DNA of 64,000 bases, taken from IMG/VR virus record IMGVR_UViG_3300044693_000272, one strand, 5' to 3'. Both the position numbers and the translations under genes were made by a program. How positions within the stretch are numbered: position 1 is the first letter of the stretch; the number at the start of each line of letters is the position of its first letter. The notes beneath the pieces were generated by a model. It ran no database searches and was not told the DNA's origin. It saw nothing but the letters and a program-made list of their open reading frames with translations. The stretch comes from a virus. Its lineage: Duplodnaviria; Heunggongvirae; Uroviricota; Caudoviricetes. Shown here one piece after another: positions 55,182-62,915 of the stretch.

Positions 55182-55679
55182 TTACGCAGCAGCCTTATCG
55201 GCCTTTGCCGCCTTCTTGGCTGCCTTTTCGGCTGCCGCAGCGGCAGCCGCCACCGAAGCTTGCGTCGGGAACGCGAACACCTTCTTCGGGTTCGGTGCCT
55301 TGTACTTCGGAGCTTGCGGCTTCGTCGAACGCGTGTTCAGCTTGCCGTTGCCCATCGCCTTGTAGAACATCTTGCCGAGGTTTGCTTCAAAATCGGCACC
55401 GAGCGTTTCGACCTGAGCCGCAGCATCGAGATCCTTATACGCAAAACCCTTGTCCTTGCCCGTCAGCTTTTTCGCGTAAAATGCGAGTACGCTTTCGAGT
55501 GCATCTTTCTTGTATGTCTTGAAACGCAGCATGCCACCACGGCGGCCACCGAACGTCACGAGGTTGCCTTGTACCTTTGCCACACCGAACACGCTGTCCT
55601 TCGACGGAGCACCACCGTTATCACCACGCTTGCCAGCGATCAGTGCATGACCAACACGCAGAATTTCGACCTTTGCCAT
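55182..55679 (-). CDS. WGR-domain protein with Ala/Lys-rich tail (165 aa)
   Basis: MAKVEILRVGH ... LVTFGGRRGGMLRFKTYKKDALESVLAFYAKKLTGKDKGFAY; tail AAAAAAEKAAKKAAKADKAAA; AGAGGAGATTACAA ATG. Confidence 0.6.
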   Translation of the reverse strand: MAKVEILRVGHALIAGKRGDNGGAPSKDSVFGVAKVQGNLVTFGGRRGGMLRFKTYKKDALESVLAFYAKKLTGKDKGFAYKDLDAAAQVETLGADFEANLGKMFYKAMGNGKLNTRSTKPQAPKYKAPNPKKVFAFPTQASVAAAAAAAEKAAKKAAKADKAAA

Positions 55680-55896
55680 TTGTAATCTCCTTTAAAGTTT
55701 TTACCATTTTGCAGTGCTTTCTTTGCACTGCGCGTCTACCATGTATCACATTCTGTGTTCATTTGATACTTGAGTCAACAGCTAAATGAACAAATTTTTC
55801 AACTTTTTGATTCGTTGCTTTGATGCAACATGGCGGAAAACCACTTTGACAAGAGATTGTCAGTGTAAAATGGCAACCTATTATGTGAGGATCGAT

Positions 55897-56163
55897 ATGA
55901 TCGGATTTTTGATTTTGTTTCTTGTGATTACGCTTGCGGCCGTATGCGTCGCATACTTACCGATTTGGCTCGGTGTGCTTATCGTTGTGCTGTACGTATT
56001 TGGTATTGGTGCAACGTTTGGAGTGTTCCGACACTTAGTGACTGGGGATGGTACTCTCAGCGGGGATGATGAGCTTGATTTTTGCTTGATTATGTTGTGG
56101 CCGTTGACCTTGTTTGTTACGATTGCCTATCGATGTGGTTTACTGATAGCCAAGCTGTTTTAA
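55897..56163 (+). CDS. small membrane protein (about 88 aa), plus strand
   Basis: GAGGA SD before the internal ATG; three hydrophobic helices. The ORF-track start at 55786 is less likely. Confidence 0.35.
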   Translation: MIGFLILFLVITLAAVCVAYLPIWLGVLIVVLYVFGIGATFGVFRHLVTGDGTLSGDDELDFCLIMLWPLTLFVTIAYRCGLLIAKLF

Positions 56164-56165
56164 TT

Positions 56166-56492
56166 CTATTCATATTCGTTACCAAACCTGAAGTAGAATG
56201 CAAGTGCGTCTGAATGATGTTTGAAGAAGTAATAGCCCATAGCACTCACCGCAGTATATCCTAAGCGTGCATGGGGATATTGCTTTACCACTTTATGCTG
56301 AACATTGTCTAGCAGCCACTCGAACATGGTATAAACCGCAGCGTTCTTTGTCACATCGTTGCCCGTGATAGACACCAGATAAAAGGGGACTTCGTCAAGG
56401 GTATTGATGCGCTGGCGTACTGCTTTCTTGATGTCTTTGTCGAACTGGTTCAAAAACGCTTCGACATCAGTTATTTCGACAATGCTAGACAA
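56166..56492 (-). CDS. C-terminal-motif family member (108 aa)
   Basis: Ends SDALAFYFRFGNEYE. Confidence 0.5.
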   Translation of the reverse strand: MSSIVEITDVEAFLNQFDKDIKKAVRQRINTLDEVPFYLVSITGNDVTKNAAVYTMFEWLLDNVQHKVVKQYPHARLGYTAVSAMGYYFFKHHSDALAFYFRFGNEYE

Positions 56493-56775
56493 AGCGATCT
56501 CCCCACGTTAGGTAAAACTGCATAGCATCGACGTGGCTTTGAAAGAAAAACATGCCAACGGCAATGTCGGAAACATAGTCGTCCTTTGTATTTTCTTTCA
56601 ACCAAGATATTACTTCATCTTGATTGCTTGTCGTCCAATTTCTTATATCCAGATCAACAAGATATATTGGTTTCTTAAACGAACGCAAGCTTGCTTTGAT
56701 GACTCCCCTTTCAACATAAAATGTTGAAAGGAATGTATTTAGCGAACCTTCGTCGAGCTCTTCAATAACACTCAT
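56485..56775 (-). CDS. C-terminal-motif family member (96 aa)
   Basis: Ends VDAMQFYLTWGDRFV. Confidence 0.5.
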   Translation of the reverse strand: MSVIEELDEGSLNTFLSTFYVERGVIKASLRSFKKPIYLVDLDIRNWTTSNQDEVISWLKENTKDDYVSDIAVGMFFFQSHVDAMQFYLTWGDRFV

Positions 56776-56990
56776 GAGATTGCTTTTTGTAAGGCCACGA
56801 TCATCATCTGAACGCGTTCTTTAGATTGGTAACGTGCAAGAAGAGCAGCAGCTTGTTCCATGTGAATCTTTGCCGTTTGCTCACTGGTTTCGAAGATCTC
56901 GAAACCATATTCTTGAAATTCAAGGAGAGCACGTTCAGTTTCAACACGACGTTCTTGTTGACGTGCCTTGTAACGTTCTGCGCTGTTCAT
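56772..56990 (-). CDS. hypothetical coiled-coil protein (about 72 aa; start MNSAERY)
   Basis: Promoter-motif artefact trimmed; GGAGAAGGAG ATG. Confidence 0.45.
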   Translation of the reverse strand: MNSAERYKARQQERRVETERALLEFQEYGFEIFETSEQTAKIHMEQAAALLARYQSKERVQMMIVALQKAIS

Positions 56991-57007
56991 CTCCTTCTCC
57001 TGTCTGT

Positions 57008-57055
57008 CTACCATGTTTCGCATGATATGTTCAGATGAACATGGTATCAAGTGTT
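57008..57055 (-). promoter_or_regulatory. conserved promoter/operator element: -35 TTGATA, -10 TATCAT (57023-57028)
   Basis: Consensus-like copy with GAACATGG repeat. Confidence 0.45.
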
Positions 57056-57151
57056 TTTCACTCGACGTAGTATTCTTTCCACACGTCATTGTCCCACTTC
57101 GCGCTCGTTGGCATCGAGCAATTCAATCTTGATGACTTTCACGTGAACACC

Positions 57152-57451
57152 TTAGGAGCAGTCGGTTGCCTTCAGAATGTCTTCTTCGAAGGACACGCCC
57201 ATACGACGCAGCATGACCGGCAAAGCATTGTAGACAGAATATGCATCTTCTTCGCTGATCTCCCACGAGATGAAGCCACCTTCACCGTCGCGGTCACGAT
57301 CGGACTTGTCTGCGCCACCCCAGCAGCACACCAGATCCAGGAACTTCTTGAAGGTCTGGAAACGATCGTACAGCTTTTCCAGTTCAACGTCGCGGGCGCG
57401 AACATAAATGCGTTGTGTCCTATATGCCGTCTTCGTCATGCCGATGTACAT
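57152..57451 (-). CDS. hypothetical protein (99 aa)
   Basis: AAGGAGTTCACG ATG. Confidence 0.5.
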   Translation of the reverse strand: MYIGMTKTAYRTQRIYVRARDVELEKLYDRFQTFKKFLDLVCCWGGADKSDRDRDGEGGFISWEISEEDAYSVYNALPVMLRRMGVSFEEDILKATDCS

Positions 57452-57520
57452 CGTGAACTCCTTGCAGTTGTTTAACCATGTTCAGATGGTAAGTTCATAT
57501 GAAACATGAATCAAGAGATT

Positions 57521-57751
57521 CTAGTCACAATCGCTGAAATCGACGTCAGCGACACTGAAGCCCAGCGCCTTACGGACAGCCTTCTCGGGCACTTCATCGA
57601 CCCGAATCGCAAAGCCATACCCACAGTGCCGCCCATTCTCGCCTTCCATCACAAGTGCTTGCTTGATGAGCTGCATGAGGTTGTGAAATTCGCGCGAATC
57701 GTCGCACCACACTTCCATTTCCAGCTTGATCTTCTTGACAATAGCAGTCAT
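57521..57751 (-). CDS. hypothetical protein (76 aa)
   Basis: ACGGGAGCAGAAC ATG. Confidence 0.5.
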   Translation of the reverse strand: MTAIVKKIKLEMEVWCDDSREFHNLMQLIKQALVMEGENGRHCGYGFAIRVDEVPEKAVRKALGFSVADVDFSDCD

Positions 57752-57767
57752 GTTCTGCTCCCGTTAA

Positions 57768-57974
57768 TTAAAGCTGTTGCATCTGCTTGACAACACCGTG
57801 CAGCACATTCAGCGTGTTGTGTGCCTTTTCGACATCTTCGAACGTAACAAAGCGCTGTTCCGTTTGCAGCGGATGGAAATTGCGCTGCGGGTTCATGTGC
57901 GGATAGCCTTTGTGGTCTACCACTTCACCTTCAGTGTTGACAACTTTAATTTCAACGACCACCGTGTAGCTCAT
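57768..57974 (-). CDS. hypothetical protein (68 aa)
   Basis: AAAGGAGATTCAA ATG. Confidence 0.5.
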   Translation of the reverse strand: MSYTVVVEIKVVNTEGEVVDHKGYPHMNPQRNFHPLQTEQRFVTFEDVEKAHNTLNVLHGVVKQMQQL

Positions 57975-58030
57975 TTGAATCTCCTTTGCTGTTCACCATA
58001 CAAAGATGATACGTTCATATGAACCAAGTA

Positions 58031-58447
58031 TCAAGCGTTTTTGTCTTTTGCTGCTCTACGTTTGGCTGCGCGTTCAGTTGCTTCATGGGAAGTTTTGGCA
58101 GTATGACATGGTTCGCATAGCGTCTGCAAGTTTGGTAGTCGCCAGTAGTCCAAGTTTCCTTGAGCTTCCACGAGTGGTTTGATGTGATCCATGTGCCAAG
58201 GATTCTGGTAACGGTCGCACTTGGCACCACATTGATTACACTTTGCTCGATCGCGTTTGTACACTGCGCGACGGGTAGTGGCGGGCCAGAACAACAGTTT
58301 GTATTCAGCTAGACAGGCAGGATGCCAGCGTGATTTGCTTTGCTTGCCCTTAGGCGTTAGACCAACTTCTTGATTGCACCAACGACAAGTGCCTTCTGGC
58401 ACTGTATCGAAATATGGTGGCTTTGGAGGTGTACGGTGAGCACCCAT
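58031..58447 (-). CDS. HNH endonuclease
   Basis: CRWC ... HMDHIKP ... NLQTLCEPCHTAKT. Confidence 0.6.
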   Translation of the reverse strand: MGAHRTPPKPPYFDTVPEGTCRWCNQEVGLTPKGKQSKSRWHPACLAEYKLLFWPATTRRAVYKRDRAKCNQCGAKCDRYQNPWHMDHIKPLVEAQGNLDYWRLPNLQTLCEPCHTAKTSHEATERAAKRRAAKDKNA

Positions 58448-58494
58448 GAAAAATCCCCTAACTAGTAGGGGATATTTATTGTGGCGGCGAAGAA

Positions 58495-58863
58495 TTAGCC
58501 TGCGTGACGTGTAACGAAATTAATTCGAGTACGTTGTGGAGCAAAATACTTGTTAACCATGTCGATCACTGTTTGCTGATCATATTCTCGACAGGAAAAT
58601 ACGTCGAAGTAAGCAGTGCCATCGAGGTCCATAAAATGCCCGCAAATGTTGGAGGTCGTGATGAGCTGCATCAGGCTATAGCCCTGCTTTGGATCGCCTG
58701 GCAACAGATATTCGATGATAGGCTCGCCGTGCGCTTCCATATCGATAGCGACGACTAGTTCCTTGATGAAGTTGTAGATTGCTTCCTTGCTACCAATGCC
58801 ACCGTCAACTTTACAACCTGCACAGTCCAGCATGAGGTGATAACCCCAGAATTTGTTATCCAT
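58495..58863 (-). CDS. S-adenosylmethionine decarboxylase-like protein (SpeH/SpeD class 1 fold)
   Basis: WGYHLMLDCAGC ... EAHGEPII ... LITTSNICGHFMD ... YFDVFSC parallels bacterial AdoMetDC (G.HL..ELYGC ... LLAESHITIHTWPE ... IDIFTCG); the Glu-Ser cleavage pair is Thr-Ser here. Confidence 0.5.
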   Translation of the reverse strand: MDNKFWGYHLMLDCAGCKVDGGIGSKEAIYNFIKELVVAIDMEAHGEPIIEYLLPGDPKQGYSLMQLITTSNICGHFMDLDGTAYFDVFSCREYDQQTVIDMVNKYFAPQRTRINFVTRHAG

Positions 58864-58916
58864 AATAATCCCGTCCGAGTTAAGGAATGTGTTAATACCG
58901 TTCGGAACTATTTATG

Positions 58917-58950
58917 AAAAGATTAAGGGGCCATTTAGCCCCTTAATCTT
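58917..58950. terminator. hairpin terminator
   Basis: aaaagattaagggg-ccattta-gccccttaatcttt. Confidence 0.45.
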
Positions 58951-59198
58951 TAGTCGAGTTCTGGGGACCAATCGTAGCGCTTCACTTCAACTTTTACATC
59001 ACGGAAGCTTGCACCATTTTCACGTGCTTTGCGTTTAAGATAATTCAATTTTTCAGGTTTCGCTTCACCAATCCATATGATGTGATCGTAAGTGTGAGTA
59101 CCAATAATCGGGCGAGGTTCGGTTACAATAACTCGATAAAACTCACGCACTACTTCTTCACCCAGAACTTCGATGTTATGCTCAAGTTTTGTGGCCAT
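58950..59198 (-). CDS. hypothetical protein (about 82 aa; start MATKLEHN)
   Basis: ACGGAGCGTTCGAAA ATG. Confidence 0.5.
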   Translation of the reverse strand: MATKLEHNIEVLGEEVVREFYRVIVTEPRPIIGTHTYDHIIWIGEAKPEKLNYLKRKARENGASFRDVKVEVKRYDWSPELD

Positions 59199-59256
59199 TT
59201 TCGAACGCTCCGTGTTGTTCATCATATTCAAATGATAGTTTCACTTGAACATGATG

Positions 59257-59448
59257 TCAACACCTATTTGCTTTGACGTGCGTAGCAAGAGTGTCCGCGA
59301 TTGATTGCAAATCACTAACACGAATCAACTTAGTGTTTGCAACAATTTGTCGCATGATTTGCTCAAGATGAGATTCGCATTCAAAATGAATGTCTTTGAA
59401 TTCAGGCGCACGGTCATTCGGAAAGAGATAAATTTTTGTCGTTACCAT
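59257..59448 (-). CDS. hypothetical protein (about 63 aa)
   Basis: AAGGAGTAGCGATATG start. Confidence 0.45.
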   Translation of the reverse strand: MVTTKIYLFPNDRAPEFKDIHFECESHLEQIMRQIVANTKLIRVSDLQSIADTLATHVKANRC

Positions 59449-59506
59449 ATCGCTACTCCTTATGCTGTTTTCATGTTTCAAATGATACGGCCAGTTGAAC
59501 GAGGAG

Positions 59507-60271
59507 TCAATGCTGGCGATACGTAAGGTTATTGTAAATCTCGTTATCGCAGATGTCTTCGCCTACATTGCGAAACACATAGACATTTCTACCCGAAAAG
59601 AACATTTCCATAGCTATGTCATCTACACGTGGATGTACGATAGCACCGTTAGGCGTGAGGAATGGGTTAAGAATGAAGTCCCAATCATTATGTCCCCAAT
59701 GCTTAAGGTGGGTAATATCGCCAGGAGTATCATTCAATCCTTCACGCAATACATAGTTGATTCTAATTTTGGAGAACGATGCGTAATGCATGGATACGGA
59801 TTCCAAAATCCGATAAATCGGATCAGATTTTGGAATCATCTTATCACGAATCGACTGATTAAAAGTGTGCATCGACACCTGTAACTCAGCAGGGAAAGTG
59901 GTAGTATCAAGAAAACGTATCCGGCGGGATGCAACCCCACTTATCGAATAACGAACTGATGTGATCGGTATGCTAAGAGTGTAGAGGGTTGATAAAGCAT
60001 TGCTCACATTCTCGGTGTTAAAGAGAACATCACCCTCGCCAGTAAATGAAAGAACAAATGGGTGATTTGGTGCATTTTTGACCACCAAATCAACAATCTC
60101 ATCAGCAGTGAGATTACGAACAAATTTATTGGTAGTTGATACGCAAAATGAACAACCGACCGGACAACCAATCTGCGTTGGAACACTTAGGACATTTTTA
60201 TTACCAGCACTGACATTCAGTACTGGCACGCTGATGTCTTTGATTGGTATGTGCCGAAGATAAACGCTCAC
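59507..60271 (-). CDS. radical SAM domain protein (254 aa), GTG start
   Basis: GCPVGCSFC is the CxxxCxxC cluster motif; SFTGEGDVLF is a glycine-rich SAM-binding segment; the start is GTG 3 nt after the upstream stop. Confidence 0.55.
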   Translation of the reverse strand: MSVYLRHIPIKDISVPVLNVSAGNKNVLSVPTQIGCPVGCSFCVSTTNKFVRNLTADEIVDLVVKNAPNHPFVLSFTGEGDVLFNTENVSNALSTLYTLSIPITSVRYSISGVASRRIRFLDTTTFPAELQVSMHTFNQSIRDKMIPKSDPIYRILESVSMHYASFSKIRINYVLREGLNDTPGDITHLKHWGHNDWDFILNPFLTPNGAIVHPRVDDIAMEMFFSGRNVYVFRNVGEDICDNEIYNNLTYRQH

Positions 60272-60274
60272 TTA

Positions 60275-60448
60275 TTACGGTTTCCCATCGATTTTTGCTA
60301 GAGCATCTTCTTGATTGTGAACACCAAGATGCTTGTAAATGGCATGAAGGTTACGGTGATTGCTACCAAACCACTTGTCGAATTTCATACCAACGTAGAT
60401 ACCGAGAGCCAGAATTGCGATACCGCCTAGATCGAGAAGGAAAAACAT
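60275..60448 (-). CDS. small membrane protein (57 aa)
   Basis: Not in ORF track; MFFLLDLGGIAILALGIYVGMKF...; fills the gap between 60451-60855 and the radical SAM gene. Confidence 0.4.
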   Translation of the reverse strand: MFFLLDLGGIAILALGIYVGMKFDKWFGSNHRNLHAIYKHLGVHNQEDALAKIDGKP

Positions 60449-60450
60449 AA

Positions 60451-60855
60451 TCAGACCTTTTTGTTGAGTTGGTTTTGTAGTTGATCAAATGATTCTAGGT
60501 CAAGACGCACATTACGCTCGTCAAGATCAGTATCAAGCATCTGATCTAGTTCAATAGCCGTTCTAATTGCACCAGCACCATAGAATGCGTCAAATGCAAT
60601 ATCACCATTATCGTGTTCTAGATAGTAACGTATCAATTGATACCGTTGTGAATTTTCCAAATGTGGTTGCATGGCATTACGCAATGCCAAATCGGCTTTA
60701 TTACGTTCAGTTACTGCGTCAGCCAATTTATCCAGCTCAGGCTCGATTTCATCTTGAGCGTAGTCGTATCCGACTTGACGACCAACCACATATCCAAAAA
60801 TCATCCCAAGAATTGTAAGCGCTATTATAATGCTGGCAATCAAATAGAAATCCAT
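60451..60855 (-). CDS. membrane-anchored protein (134 aa)
   Basis: N-terminal TM helix. Confidence 0.5.
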   Translation of the reverse strand: MDFYLIASIIIALTILGMIFGYVVGRQVGYDYAQDEIEPELDKLADAVTERNKADLALRNAMQPHLENSQRYQLIRYYLEHDNGDIAFDAFYGAGAIRTAIELDQMLDTDLDERNVRLDLESFDQLQNQLNKKV

Positions 60856-60866
60856 GTTTATTCTTC

Positions 60867-61235
60867 TTATTCAAAAAGTAAAATCGTCTGAGTTGCCACC
60901 AACATAGCAGCAAGTAATGGGTGGTGCGCGCAAAACAACATCAAATATGTTTCCACTAATGTGAAAGCTAAATGGAATAAAAAATCAATTGGTGTGGCCG
61001 GAGCAAAAGAAATATCAGGCTGTTCACCATTACTTGCTGCCCAACGCAAATAGTAATTACGAGCAATGACACCAATAATCGTAATGCCCAGCATAGTTAT
61101 TACCAGCCAAACCCATACTACCTCGGCCCAGGCGATATCCAAGCCCAACCACATAATTGGAAGTGCAATGTGCGCAGTCCATATGATCCTGGTCAATGCG
61201 GTAGTTTTTTCGTTGATTTCAGACATTGAATACAT
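60867..61235 (-). CDS. integral membrane protein (122 aa)
   Basis: Four hydrophobic helices. Confidence 0.5.
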   Translation of the reverse strand: MYSMSEINEKTTALTRIIWTAHIALPIMWLGLDIAWAEVVWVWLVITMLGITIIGVIARNYYLRWAASNGEQPDISFAPATPIDFLFHLAFTLVETYLMLFCAHHPLLAAMLVATQTILLFE

Positions 61236-61662
61236 ACTCCATTTTACCAGGTCGGTATAAACCTTTTTCCACCTTACTCAAGATGAAGTCGAAATGATTA
61301 ATGAATGCTCGACTATACATATGAAACATTTCTTCGGCAACAGTACAACTTGGTTTGTCATTATCAAGTAGCTTCAACATCCGCTCAATCAAATGCAATC
61401 CTGTTCCTTTATTTTGATATTCAGGTAAAACTCGAACACACCGCAGCTTTGTTTCTTCAGCTGTCTGCTTGCCTAGAGCAACACCAATCACCCTACCATT
61501 ATCCTTTGATAACAACATAATGTCATTGCCTGTAACCAGGCCTGGCATCATCTGGTTGATATACCAGTATTCAAAGTCAGGGTAAAGTTGATCCAATCCT
61601 TTCAACAACGGAAGCACACTAAATGCTTCAACAAAGGACTTTGAATTGTGATACTCAATCAT
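61219..61662 (-). CDS. GNAT family N-acetyltransferase
   Basis: VRVLPEYQNKGTGLHLIERM matches GNAT motif A (V.P.YQ.KGIG..L). Confidence 0.5.
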   Translation of the reverse strand: MIEYHNSKSFVEAFSVLPLLKGLDQLYPDFEYWYINQMMPGLVTGNDIMLLSKDNGRVIGVALGKQTAEETKLRCVRVLPEYQNKGTGLHLIERMLKLLDNDKPSCTVAEEMFHMYSRAFINHFDFILSKVEKGLYRPGKMEYVFNV

Positions 61663-61963
61663 TTTCGGCAGGGTTGATTTCGATCGGTCGGTTTGGTTGA
61701 CGCGTTGTCAAGAAGTCGACTATATTTGTCGCATCACTTGGTTGCATGACAAAGGGTACTATTTCCCATTCATCACCAATAACGTATACAGCATGAACGT
61801 TGTTACCAACCACTCGCTGTTCAGTATACAGTGCTAGATGTGACATGAGAGCAGCCATTGAGGTGAACATTTTTCCGTTCTTTGACCATTTTGTATGACT
61901 CGTAGCGAGCTTATACAGTCCTGTTCGCTTGTTCCGGATTTTGTAGTGAACGCACTCAGCCAT
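61655..61963 (-). CDS. hypothetical protein (about 103 aa; start MAECVHYK). The ORF-track GTG start at 61999 lies inside a terminator hairpin
   Basis: Hairpin 61978-62004 overlaps the annotated start; the first in-frame ATG is at 61963. Confidence 0.4.
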   Translation of the reverse strand: MAECVHYKIRNKRTGLYKLATSHTKWSKNGKMFTSMAALMSHLALYTEQRVVGNNVHAVYVIGDEWEIVPFVMQPSDATNIVDFLTTRQPNRPIEINPAEND

Positions 61964-61977
61964 GATGGGCTCAAAAT

Positions 61978-62004
61978 AAAAGGTGCCATATTGTGGCACC
62001 TTTT
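61978..62004. terminator. hairpin terminator after 62024-62212
   Basis: aaaaggtgcca-tatt-gtggcacctttt. Confidence 0.45.
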
Positions 62005-62023
62005 ATTACTGGCAACAAGTTCG

Positions 62024-62212
62024 CTATGCCACGTTCCGCAGCTTGATGGGTTCGCGCACTTCAGTTTGAGCAATTGATACTGCTTCCGAAGTCAACTGTT
62101 GTACTGCGATTTCACGGAAGAATCCTTCCAGGTCTTGGCGGCGCATCGCCTCGTAGTATTTGTTACGAATCTCTTTGATTCGAGCAAGAACTGCGGTGTG
62201 ACTGACGGTCAT
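62024..62212 (-). CDS. hypothetical protein (62 aa)
   Basis: ORF track; GGGGAAATAAC ATG. Confidence 0.45.
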   Translation of the reverse strand: MTVSHTAVLARIKEIRNKYYEAMRRQDLEGFFREIAVQQLTSEAVSIAQTEVREPIKLRNVA

Positions 62213-62321
62213 GTTATTTCCCCTTGGAAAGTTGACACAACCCTATTATACAATCACATGAAAGCCCCTCGTTCATATGTGCCAAATAGCAACAAAACGA
62301 GGGGCTAAAGAAAGCAATCTA

Positions 62322-62528
62322 TTACGTCAACGATCGTTTTTGGAAAGATTGGTGGTCTTCTAGTTTACAGAGCTTACCAAATTGGACCTGTTGGTCCGGC
62401 AAACCCTCAGTTATCTGTCGAACGCGACATTTGATATACATCATGCAGGTAGTCCAACCTGCTTCACCGACTTCCTCAACCGCCTGACGAAAAGCAATAA
62501 GCTCTGTTCGTTCATCCTTAGTCAACAT
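62322..62528 (-). CDS. hypothetical protein (68 aa)
   Basis: AGAGGGAGACGACCTG ATG. Confidence 0.45.
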   Translation of the reverse strand: MLTKDERTELIAFRQAVEEVGEAGWTTCMMYIKCRVRQITEGLPDQQVQFGKLCKLEDHQSFQKRSLT

Positions 62529-62915
62529 CAGGTCGTCTCCCTCTTGTGAGACCGCGCTTGCGGCAGTTACGAGTGTAAATGTAAACCATTACAAGTGCTT
62601 GATTCATCAAAAATATATTTGCTTCCAGCAACAATTTGTTTCGTCAGGATGTCCTCATATGCTAATTGCTAATACCACCACGTTCAGCCGTGATGAACCA
62701 TTCATCCCTGGTTCGGGATAACACTAATAGTGGACAGTCAGATTAGATGCTCGGGTATATTTCCGAGCTTTGGATAGAATTGGTAGTCAATTCAAATTTG
62801 AGGACTTCTGCCTGGGTTTGATGTCGTCCATGAAGGGCTAAAGCCCTGACACGATTCTTCATCCCCATGAATTGTCCGTGAACAATGATCATTACGAGCT
62901 CTCAGTTAGGTGGTG

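Noticed and set aside
2849-57089. N-terminal extensions of many ORF-track proteins (MNMVNNGG..., MNVSFEHGKEQEIKM..., MSISFEHGKQTRRIKM..., MVDKQES..., MVNNKGVNNM...)
   Set aside because: These are translations of the conserved promoter/UTR element, which contains in-frame ATG codons. In each case an AGGAG-type SD sits inside the supposed coding sequence 5-9 nt before a downstream ATG, so the starts were trimmed.
185-59520. Possibility that the repeated approximately 50-nt element is a CRISPR array or MITE
   Set aside because: Copies are 300-1500 bp apart at irregular spacing, always oriented with and immediately upstream of a gene start, and contain -35/-10/SD signals. There are no short uniform spacers and no terminal inverted repeats flanking target-site duplications.
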